Source of the DNA: Eledone cirrhosa
Taxonomy: Eukaryota
Direction of reading: 5' to 3'
Length of the DNA: 64,000 bases
NCBI GenBank assembly: GCA_964016885.1
Contig: OZ024752.1
Coordinates: 17,732,001 to 17,796,000, forward strand
Position 1 is the stretch's first letter. Each line of letters begins with the position of its first letter. The notes beneath the pieces were generated by a model. The model did no database searches, was not told the DNA's origin, and worked only from the letters and a program-made list of their open reading frames with translations. The position numbers and the translations under genes are program-made. Positions 30,901 to 44,000 of this stretch are shown piece after piece.

Positions 30901-33259
30901 CATTCTAACTCCTTTTTATATGGTGTACAACTCCACCATTCTAATTCCTTCTTATATGGTCTACAACTCCACCATTCTAACTCCTTCATATATGGTCTAC
31001 AACTCCACCATTCTAACTCCTTCTCATATGGTCTACAACTCCACCATTCTAATTCCTTCTTATATGGTCTACAACTCCACCATTCTAATTCCTTCTTATA
31101 TGGTCTACAACTCCACCATTCTAACGCCTTCTTATATGGTCTACAACTCCACCATTCTAACGCCTTCTTATATGGTGTACAACTCCACCATTCTAATTCC
31201 TTCTTATATGGTCTACAACTCCACCATTCTAACTCCTTCTTATATGGTCTACAACTCCACCATTCTAATTCCTTCTTATATGGTCTACAACTCCACCATT
31301 CTAATTCCTTCTTATATGGTCTACAACTCCACCATTCTAATTCCTTCTTATACGGTCTACAACTCCACCATTCTAACTCCTTCTTATATGGTCTACAACT
31401 CCACCATTCTAACTCCTTCTTATATGGTCTACAACTGCACCATTCTAACTCCTTCTTATATGGTCTACAACTCCACCATTCTAACTCCTTCTTATATGGT
31501 GTACAACTCCACCATTCTAACTCCTTCTTATATGGTGTACAACTCCACCATTCTAATTCCTTCTTATATGGTCTACAACTCCACCATTCTAATTCCTTCT
31601 TATATGGTCTACAACTCCACCATTCTAACTCCTTCTTATATGGTGTACAACTCCACCATTCTAATTCCTTCTTATATGGTCTACAACTCCACCATTCTAA
31701 CTCCTTCTTATATGGTCTACAACTCCACCATTCTAATTCCTTCTTATATGTTCTACAACTCCACCATTCTAATTCCTTCTTATATGGTCTACAACTCCAC
31801 CATTCTAATTCCTTCTTATACGGTCTACAACTCCACCATTCTAACTCCTTCTTATATGGTCTACAACTCCACCATTCTAACTCCTTCTTATATGGTCTAC
31901 AACTGCACCATTCTAACTCCTTCTTATATGGTCTACAACTCCACCATTCTAACTCCTTCTTATATGGTGTACAACTCCACCATTCTAACTCCTTCTTATA
32001 TGGTGTACAACTCCACCATTCTAATTCCTTCTTATATGGTCTACAACTCCACCATTCTAACTCCTTCTTATATGGTCTACAACTCCCCCATTCTAATTCC
32101 TTCTTATATGGTCTACAACTACACTATTCTAACTCCTTCTTATATGGTCTACAACTCCACCATTCTAATTCCTTCTTATATGGTCTACAACTCCACCATT
32201 CTAACTCCTTCATATTTGGTCTACAACTCCACCATTCTAACTCCTTCTTATATGGTCTACAACTCCACCATTCTATCTCCTTCTTATATGGTCTACAACT
32301 CCACCATGCTAACTCCTTCTTATATGGTCTACAACTCTACCATTCTAACTCATTCTTATATGTTCTACAACTCCACCATTCTAACTCCTTCTTATATGGT
32401 CTACAACTCCACCATTCTAACTCCTTCTTATATGGTCTACAACACCACCATTCTAACTCCTTCTTATATGGTGTACAACTCCACTATTCTAACTCCTTAT
32501 TATATGGTCTACAACTCCACCATTCTAACTCCTTCTTATATGGTCTACAACTCCACCATTCTTACTCCTTCTTATATGGTCTACAACTCCACCATTCTAA
32601 TTCCTCCTTATATGGTTTACAACTCCACCATTCTAATTCCTTCTTATATGGTGTACAACTCCACCATTCTAACTCCTTCATATGTGGTCTACAACTCCAC
32701 CATTCTAACTCCTTTTTATATGGTGTACAACTCCACCATTCTAGTTCCTTCTTATATGGTCTACAACTCCACCATTCTAACTCCTTCATATATGGTCTAC
32801 AACTCCACCATTCTAACCCCTTCTCATATGGTCTACAACTCCACCATTCTAATTCCTTCTTATATGGTCTACAACTCCACCATTCTAATTCCTTCTTATA
32901 TGGTCTACAACTCCACCATTCTAACGCCTTCTTATATGGTCTACAACTCCACCATTCTAACGCCTTCTTATATGGTGTACAACTCCACCATTCTAATTCC
33001 TTCTTATATGGTCTACAACTCCACCATTCTAACTCCTTCTTATATGGTCTACAACTCCACCATTCTAATTCCTTCTTATATGGTCTACAACTCCACCATT
33101 CTAATTCCTTCTTATATGTTCTACAACTCCACCATTCTAATTCCTTCTTATACGGTCTACAACTCCACCATTCTAACTCCTTCTTATATGGTCTACAACT
33201 CCACCATTCTAACTCCTTCTTATATGGTCTACAACTGCACCATTCTAACTCCTTCTTAT
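24980..33259. repeat. Tandem duplication of a 4,140-bp (115-monomer) block containing 1,800-bp (50-monomer) sub-repeats
   Basis: Markers offset by 4,140: ttgcttc 25041/29181, gtgt-ataact 26031/30171, ctagtt 28601/32741. The minus ORFs 25290/29430, 26622/30762 and 28422/32562 share this offset. The 1,800 offset is seen at 26622/28422 and 30762/32562. Confidence 0.94.
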
Positions 33260-33907
33260 ATGGTCTACAACTCCACCATTCTAACTCCTTCTTATATGGT
33301 GTACAACTCCACCATTCTAACTCCTTCTTATATGGTGTACAACTCCACCATTCTAATTCCTTCTTATATGGTCTACAACTCCACCATTCTAATTCCTTCT
33401 TATATGGTCTACAACTCCACCATTCTAACTCCTTCTTATATGGTGTACAACTCCACCATTCTAATTCCTTCTTATATGGTCTACAACTCCACCATTCTAA
33501 CTCCTTCTTATATGGTCTACAACTCCCCCATTCTAATTCCTTCTTATATGGTCTACAACTACACTATTCTAACTCCTTCTTATATGGTCTACAACTCCAC
33601 CATTCTAATTCCTTCTTATATGGTCTACAACTCCACCATGCTAACTCCTTCTTATATGGTCTACAACTCTACCATTCTAACTCATTCTTATATGTTCTAC
33701 AACTCCACCATTCTAACTCCTTCTTATATGGTCTACAACTCCACCATTCTAACTCCTTCTTATATGGTCTACAACACCACCATTCTAACTCCTTCTTATA
33801 TGGTGTACAACTCCACTATTCTAACTCCTTATTATATGGTCTACAACTCCACCATTCTAACTCCTTCTTATATGGTGTACAACTCCACCATTCTAATTCC
33901 TTCTTAT

Positions 33908-36900
33908 ATGGTCTACAACTCCACCATTCTTACTCCTTCTTATGTGGTCTACAACTCCACCACTCTAACTCCTTTTTATATGGTGTACAACTCCACCATT
34001 CTAATTCCTTCTTATATGGTCTACAACTCCACCATTCTAACTCCTTCATATATGGTCTACAACTCCACCATTCTAACTCCTTCTTATATGGTCTACAACT
34101 CCACCATTCTAATTCCTTCTTATATGGTCTACAACTCCACCATTCTAATTCCTTCTTATATGGTCTACAACTCCACCATTCTAACGCCTTCTTATATGGT
34201 CTACAACTCCACCATTCTAACACCTTCTTATATGGTGTACAACTCCACCATTCTAATTCCTTCTTATATGGTCTACAACTCCACCATTCTAACTCCTTCT
34301 TATATGGTCTACAACTCCACCATTCTAATTCCTTCTTATATGGTCTACAACTCCTCCATTCTAATTCCTTCTTATATGGTCTACAACTCCACCATTCTAA
34401 TTCCTTCTTATACGGTCTACAACTCCACCATTCTAACTCCTTCTTATATGGTCTACAACTCCACCATTCTAACTCCTTCTTATATGGTCTACAACTGCAC
34501 CATTCTAACTCCTTCTTATATGGTCTACAACTCCACCATTCTAACTCCTTCTTATATGGTGTACAACTCCACCATTCTAACTCCTTCTTATATGGTGTAC
34601 AACTCCACCATTCTAATTCCTTCTTATATGGTCTACAACTCCACCATTCTAACTCCTTCTTATATGGTCTACAACTCCCCCATTCTAATTCCTTCTTATA
34701 TGGTCTACAACTACACTATTGTAACTCCTTCTTATATGGTCTACAACTCCACCATTCTAATTCCTTCTTATATGGTCTACAACTCCACCATTCTAACTCC
34801 TTCATATTTGGTCTACAACTCCACCATTCTAACTCCTTCTTATATGGTCTACAACTCCACCATGCTAACTCCTTCTTATATGGTCTACAACTCTACCATT
34901 CTAACTCATTCTTATATGTTCTACAACTCCACCATTCTAACTCCTTCTTATATGTTCTACAACTCCACCATTCTAACTCCTTCTTATATGGTCTACAACA
35001 CCACCATTCTAACTCATTCTTATATGGTGTACAACTCCACTATTCTAACTCCTTATTATATGGTCTACAACTCCACCATTCTAACTCCTTCTTATATGGT
35101 CTACAACTCCACCATTCTTACTCCTTCTTATATGGTCTACAACTCCACCATTCTAATTCCTCCTTATATGGTCTACAACTCCACCATTCTAATTCCTTCT
35201 TATATGGTGTACAACTCCACCATTCTAACTCCTTCATATGTGGTATACAACTCCACCATTCTAACTCCTTTTTATATGGTGTACAACTCCACCATTCTAA
35301 TTCCTTCTTATATGGTCTACAACTCCACCATTCTAACTCCTTCATATATGGTCTACAACTCCACCATTCTAACTCCTTCTTATATGGTGTACAACTCCAC
35401 CATTCTAATTCCTTCTTATATGGTCTACAACTCCACCATTCTAACTCCTTCTTATATGGTCTACAACTCCCCCATTCTAATTCCTTCTTATATGGTCTAC
35501 AACTACACTATTCTAACTCCTTCTTATATGGTCTACAACTCCACCATTCTAACTCCTTCTTATATGGTCTACAACACCACCATTCTAACTCCTTCTTATA
35601 TGGTGTACAACTCCACTATTCTAACTCCTTATTATATGGTCTACAACTCCACCATTCTAACTCCTTCTTATATGGTCTACAACTCCACCATTCTTACTCC
35701 TTCTTATATGGTCTACAACTCCACCATTCTAATTCCTCCTTATATGGTTTACAACTCCACCATTCTAATTCCTTCTTATATGGTGTACAACTCCACCATT
35801 CTAACTCCTTCATATGTGGTCTACAACTCCACCATTCTAACTCCTTTTTATATGGTGTACAACTCCACCATTCTAATTCCTTCTTATATGGTCTACAACT
35901 CCACCATTCTAACTCCTTCATATATGGTCTACAGCTCCACCATTCTAACTCCTTCTCATATGGTCTACAACTCCACCATTCTAATTCCTTCTTATATGGA
36001 CTACAACTCCACCATTCTAATTCCTTCTTATATGGTCTACAACTCCACCATTCTAACGCCTTCTTATATGGTCTACAACTCCACCATTCTAACGCCTTCT
36101 TATATGGTGTACAACTCCACCATTCTAATTCCTTCTTATATGGTCTACAACTCCACCATTCTAACTCCTTCTTATATGGTCTACAACTCCACCATTCTAA
36201 TTCCTTCTTATATGGTCTACAACTCCACCATTCTAATTCCTTCTTATATGGTCTACAACTCCACCATTCTAATTCCTTCTTATACGGTCTACAACTCCAC
36301 CATTCTAACTCCTTCTTATATGGTCTACAACTCCACCATTCTAACTCCTTCTTATATGGTCTACAACTGCACCATTCTAACTCCTTCTTATATGGTCTAC
36401 AACTCCACCATTCTAACTCCTTCTTATATGGTGTACAACTCCACCATTCTAACTCCTTCTTATATGGTGTACAACTCCACCATTCTAATTCCTTCTTATA
36501 TGGTCTACAACTCCACCATTCTAATTCCTTCTTATATGGTCTACAACTCCACCATTCTAACTCCTTCTTATATGGTGTACAACTCCACCATTCTAATTCC
36601 TTCTTATATGGTCTACAACTCCACCATTCTAACTCCTTCTTATATGGTCTACAACTCCACCATTCTAATTCCTTCTTATATGTTCTACAACTCCACCATT
36701 CTAATTCCTTCTTATATGGTCTACAACTCCACCATTCTAATTCCTTCTTATACGGTCTACAACTCCACCATTCTAACTCCTTCTTATATGGTCTACAACT
36801 CCACCATTCTAACTCCTTCTTATATGGTCTACAACTGCACCATTCTAACTCCTTCTTATATGGTCTACAACTCCACCATTCTAACTCCTTCTTATATGGT

Positions 36901-39900
36901 GTACAACTCCACCATTCTAACTCCTTCTTATATGGTGTACAACTCCACCATTCTAATTCCTTCTTATATGGTCTACAACTCCACCATTCTAACTCCTTCT
37001 TATATGGTCTACAACTCCCCCATTCTAATTCCTTCTTATATGGTCTACAACTACACTATTCTAACTCCTTCTTATATGGTCTACAACTCCACCATTCTAA
37101 TTCCTTCTTATATGGTCTACAACTCCACCATTCTAACTCCTTCATATTTGGTCTACAACTCCACCATTCTAACTCCTTCTTATATGGTCTACAACTCCAC
37201 CATTCTATCTCCTTCTTATATGGTCTACAACTCCACCATGCTAACTCCTTCTTATATGGTCTACAACTCTACCATTCTAACTCATTCTTATATGTTCTAC
37301 AACTCCACCATTCTAACTCCTTCTTATATGGTCTACAACTCCACCATTCTAACTCCTTCTTATATGGTCTACAACACCACCATTCTAACTCCTTCTTATA
37401 TGGTGTACAACTCCACTATTCTAACTCCTTATTATATGGTCTACAACTCCACCATTCTAATTCCTTCTTATATGGTCTACAACTCCACCATTCTTACTCC
37501 TTCTTATGTGGTCTACAACTCCACCACTCTAACTCCTTTTTATATGGTGTACAACTCCACCATTCTAATTCCTTCTTATATGGTCTACAACTCCACCATT
37601 CTAACTCCTTCATATATGGTCTACAACTCCACCATTCTAACTCCTTCTTATATGGTCTACAACTCCACCATTCTAATTCCTTCTTATATGGTCTACAACT
37701 CCACCATTCTAATTCCTTCTTATATGGTCTACAACTCCACCATTCTAACGCCTTCTTATATGGTCTACAACTCCACCATTCTAACACCTTCTTATATGGT
37801 GTACAACTCCACCATTCTAATTCCTTCTTATATGGTCTACAACTCCACCATTCTAACTCCTTCTTATATGGTCTACAACTCCACCATTCTAATTCCTTCT
37901 TATATGGTCTACAACTCCACCATTCTAATTCCTTCTTATATGGTCTACAACTCCACCATTCTAATTCCTTCTTATACGGTCTACAACTCCACCATTCTAA
38001 CTCCTTCTTATATGGTCTACAACTCCACCATTCTAACTCCTTCTTATATGGTCTACAACTGCACCATTCTAACTCCTTCTTATATGGTCTACAACTCCAC
38101 CATTCTAACTCCTTCTTATATGGTGTACAACTCCACCATTCTAACTCCTTCTTATATGGTGTACAACTCCACCATTCTAATTCCTTCTTATATGGTCTAC
38201 AACTCCACCATTCTAACTCCTTCTTATATGGTCTACAACTCCCCCATTCTAATTCCTTCTTATATGGTCTACAACTACACTATTGTAACTCCTTCTTATA
38301 TGGTCTACAACTCCACCATTCTAATTCCTTCTTATATGGTCTACAACTCCACCATTCTAACTCCTTCATATTTGGTCTACAACTCCACCATTCTAACTCC
38401 TTCTTATATGGTCTACAACTCCACCATGCTAACTCCTTCTTATATGGTCTACAACTCTACCATTCTAACTCATTCTTATATGTTCTACAACTCCACCATT
38501 CTAACTCCTTCTTATATGTTCTACAACTCCACCATTCTAACTCCTTCTTATATGGTCTACAACACCACCATTCTAACTCATTCTTATATGGTGTACAACT
38601 CCACTATTCTAACTCCTTATTATATGGTCTACAACTCCACCATTCTAACTCCTTCTTATATGGTCTACAACTCCACCATTCTTACTCCTTCTTATATGGT
38701 CTACAACTCCACCATTCTAATTCCTCCTTATATGGTCTACAACTCCACCATTCTAATTCCTTCTTATATGGTGTACAACTCCACCATTCTAACTCCTTCA
38801 TATGTGGTATACAACTCCACCATTCTAACTCCTTTTTATATGGTGTACAACTCCACCATTCTAATTCCTTCTTATATGGTCTACAACTCCACCATTCTAA
38901 CTCCTTCATATATGGTCTACAACTCCACCATTCTAACTCCTTCTTATATGGTGTACAACTCCACCATTCTAATTCCTTCTTATATGGTCTACAACTCCAC
39001 CATTCTAACTCCTTCTTATATGGTCTACAACTCCCCCATTCTAATTCCTTCTTATATGGTCTACAACTACACTATTCTAACTCCTTCTTATATGGTCTAC
39101 AACTCCACCATTCTAACTCCTTCTTATATGGTCTACAACACCACCATTCTAACTCCTTCTTATATGGTGTACAACTCCACTATTCTAACTCCTTATTATA
39201 TGGTCTACAACTCCACCATTCTAACTCCTTCTTATATGGTCTACAACTCCACCATTCTTACTCCTTCTTATATGGTCTACAACTCCACCATTCTAATTCC
39301 TCCTTATATGGTTTACAACTCCACCATTCTAATTCCTTCTTATATGGTGTACAACTCCACCATTCTAACTCCTTCATATGTGGTCTACAACTCCACCATT
39401 CTAACTCCTTTTTATATGGTGTACAACTCCACCATTCTAATTCCTTCTTATATGGTCTACAACTCCACCATTCTAACTCCTTCATATATGGTCTACAACT
39501 CCACCATTCTAACTCCTTCTCATATGGTCTACAACTCCACCATTCTAATTCCTTCTTATATGGTCTACAACTCCACCATTCTAATTCCTTCTTATATGGT
39601 CTACAACTCCACCATTCTAACGCCTTCTTATATGGTCTACAACTCCACCATTCTAACGCCTTCTTATATGGTGTACAACTCCACCATTCTAATTCCTTCT
39701 TATATGGTCTACAACTCCACCATTCTAACTCCTTCTTATATGGTCTACAACTCCACCATTCTAATTCCTTCTTATATGGTCTACAACTCCACCATTCTAA
39801 TTCCTTCTTATATGGTCTACAACTCCACCATTCTAATTCCTTCTTATACGGTCTACAACTCCACCATTCTAACTCCTTCTTATATGGTCTACAACTCCAC

Positions 39901-41000
39901 CATTCTAACTCCTTCTTATATGGTCTACAACTGCACCATTCTAACTCCTTCTTATATGGTCTACAACTCCACCATTCTAACTCCTTCTTATATGGTGTAC
40001 AACTCCACCATTCTAACTCCTTCTTATATGGTGTACAACTCCACCATTCTAATTCCTTCTTATATGGTCTACAACTCCACCATTCTAATTCCTTCTTATA
40101 TGGTCTACAACTCCACCATTCTAACTCCTTCTTATATGGTGTACAACTCCACCATTCTAATTCCTTCTTATATGGTCTACAACTCCACCATTCTAACTCC
40201 TTCTTATATGGTCTACAACTCCACCATTCTAATTCCTTCTTATATGTTCTACAACTCCACCATTCTAATTCCTTCTTATATGGTCTACAACTCCACCATT
40301 CTAATTCCTTCTTATACGGTCTACAACTCCACCATTCTAACTCCTTCTTATATGGTCTACAACTCCACCATTCTAACTCCTTCTTATATGGTCTACAACT
40401 GCACCATTCTAACTCCTTCTTATATGGTCTACAACTCCACCATTCTAACTCCTTCTTATATGGTGTACAACTCCACCATTCTAACTCCTTCTTATATGGT
40501 GTACAACTCCACCATTCTAATTCCTTCTTATATGGTCTACAACTCCACCATTCTAACTCCTTCTTATATGGTCTACAACTCCCCCATTCTAATTCCTTCT
40601 TATATGGTCTACAACTACACTATTCTAACTCCTTCTTATATGGTCTACAACTCCACCATTCTAATTCCTTCTTATATGGTCTACAACTCCACCATTCTAA
40701 CTCCTTCATATTTGGTCTACAACTCCACCATTCTAACTCCTTCTTATATGGTCTACAACTCCACCATTCTATCTCCTTCTTATATGGTCTACAACTCCAC
40801 CATGCTAACTCCTTCTTATATGGTCTACAACTCTACCATTCTAACTCATTCTTATATGTTCTACAACTCCACCATTCTAACTCCTTCTTATATGGTCTAC
40901 AACTCCACCATTCTAACTCCTTCTTATATGGTCTACAACACCACCATTCTAACTCCTTCTTATATGGTGTACAACTCCACTATTCTAACTCCTTATTATA
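33908..41000. repeat. Tandem duplication of a 3,564-bp (99-monomer) block
   Basis: The tattGtaact marker is at 34721/38285. The minus ORF pairs 33930/37494, 35118/38682 and 35694/39258 are all offset by 3,564. A further partial copy lies 5,472 bp downstream (marker at 43757; ORFs 42966 and 44154). Confidence 0.92.
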
Positions 41001-44000
41001 TGGTCTACAACTCCACCATTCTAACTCCTTCTTATATGGTCTACAACTCCACCATTCTTACTCCTTCTTATATGGTCTACAACTCCACCATTCTAATTCC
41101 TCCTTATATGGTTTACAACTCCACCATTCTAATTCCTTCTTATATGGTGTACAACTCCACCATTCTAACTCCTTCATATGTGGTCTACAACTCCACCATT
41201 CTAACTCCTTTTTATATGGTGTACAACTCCACCATTCTAGTTCCTTCTTATATGGTCTACAACTCCACCATTCTAACTCCTTCATATATGGTCTACAACT
41301 CCACCATTCTAACCCCTTCTCATATGGTCTACAACTCCACCATTCTAATTCCTTCTTATATGGTCTACAACTCCACCATTCTAATTCCTTCTTATATGGT
41401 CTACAACTCCACCATTCTAACGCCTTCTTATATGGTCTACAACTCCACCATTCTAACGCCTTCTTATATGGTGTACAACTCCACCATTCTAATTCCTTCT
41501 TATATGGTCTACAACTCCACCATTCTAACTCCTTCTTATATGGTCTACAACTCCACCATTCTAATTCCTTCTTATATGGTCTACAACTCCACCATTCTAA
41601 TTCCTTCTTATATGGTCTACAACTCCACCATTCTAATTCCTTCTTATACGGTCTACAACTCCACCATTCTAACTCCTTCTTATATGGTCTACAACTCCAC
41701 CATTCTAACTCCTTCTTATATGGTCTACAACTGCACCATTCTAACTCCTTCTTATATGGTCTACAACTCCACCATTCTAACTCCTTCTTATATGGTGTAC
41801 AACTCCACCATTCTAACTCCTTCTTATATGGTGTACAACTCCACCATTCTAATTCCTTCTTATATGGTCTACAACTCCACCATTCTAATTCCTTCTTATA
41901 TGGTCTACAACTCCACCATTCTAATTCCTTCTTATATGGTCTACAACTCCACCATTCTAACGCCTTCTTATATGGTCTACAACTCCACCATTCTAACGCC
42001 TTCTTATATGGTGTACAACTCCACCATTCTAATTCCTTCTTATATGGTCTACAACTCCACCATTCTAACTCCTTCTTATATGGTCTACAACTCCACCATT
42101 CTAATTCCTTCTTATATGGTCTACAACTCCACCATTCTAATTCCTTCTTATATGGTCTACAACTCCACCATTCTAATTCCTTCTTATACGGTCTACAACT
42201 CCACCATTCTAACTCCTTCTTATATGGTCTACAACTCCACCATTCTAACTCCTTCTTATATGGTCTACAACTGCACCATTCTAACTCCTTCTTATATGGT
42301 CTACAACTCCACCATTCTAACTCCTTCTTATATGGTGTACAACTCCACCATTCTAACTCCTTCTTATATGGTGTACAACTCCACCATTCTAATTCCTTCT
42401 TATATGGTCTACAACTCCACCATTCTAATTCCTTCTTATATGGTCTACAACTCCACCATTCTAACTCCTTCTTATATGGTGTACAACTCCACCATTCTAA
42501 TTCCTTCTTATATGGTCTACAACTCCACCATTCTAACTCCTTCTTATATGGTCTACAACTCCCCCATTCTAATTCCTTCTTATATGGTCTACAACTACAC
42601 TATTCTAACTCCTTCTTATATGGTCTACAACTCCACCATTCTAATTCCTTCTTATATGGTCTACAACTCCACCATGCTAACTCCTTCTTATATGGTCTAC
42701 AACTCTACCATTCTAACTCATTCTTATATGTTCTACAACTCCACCATTCTAACTCCTTCTTATATGGTCTACAACTCCACCATTCTAACTCCTTCTTATA
42801 TGGTCTACAACACCACCATTCTAACTCCTTCTTATATGGTGTACAACTCCACTATTCTAACTCCTTATTATATGGTCTACAACTCCACCATTCTAACTCC
42901 TTCTTATATGGTGTACAACTCCACCATTCTAATTCCTTCTTATATGGTCTACAACTCCACCATTCTTACTCCTTCTTATGTGGTCTACAACTCCACCACT
43001 CTAACTCCTTTTTATATGGTGTACAACTCCACCATTCTAATTCCTTCTTATATGGTCTACAACTCCACCATTCTAACTCCTTCATATATGGTCTACAACT
43101 CCACCATTCTAACTCCTTCTTATATGGTCTACAACTCCACCATTCTAATTCCTTCTTATATGGTCTACAACTCCACCATTCTAATTCCTTCTTATATGGT
43201 CTACAACTCCACCATTCTAACGCCTTCTTATATGGTCTACAACTCCACCATTCTAACACCTTCTTATATGGTGTACAACTCCACCATTCTAATTCCTTCT
43301 TATATGGTCTACAACTCCACCATTCTAACTCCTTCTTATATGGTCTACAACTCCACCATTCTAATTCCTTCTTATATGGTCTACAACTCCACCATTCTAA
43401 TTCCTTCTTATATGGTCTACAACTCCACCATTCTAATTCCTTCTTATACGGTCTACAACTCCACCATTCTAACTCCTTCTTATATGGTCTACAACTCCAC
43501 CATTCTAACTCCTTCTTATATGGTCTACAACTGCACCATTCTAACTCCTTCTTATATGGTCTACAACTCCACCATTCTAACTCCTTCTTATATGGTGTAC
43601 AACTCCACCATTCTAACTCCTTCTTATATGGTGTACAACTCCACCATTCTAATTCCTTCTTATATGGTCTACAACTCCACCATTCTAACTCCTTCTTATA
43701 TGGTCTACAACTCCCCCATTCTAATTCCTTCTTATATGGTCTACAACTACACTATTGTAACTCCTTCTTATATGGTCTACAACTCCACCATTCTAATTCC
43801 TTCTTATATGGTCTACAACTCCACCATTCTAACTCCTTCATATTTGGTCTACAACTCCACCATTCTAACTCCTTCTTATATGGTCTACAACTCCACCATG
43901 CTAACTCCTTCTTATATGGTCTACAACTCTACCATTCTAACTCATTCTTATATGTTCTACAACTCCACCATTCTAACTCCTTCTTATATGTTCTACAACT

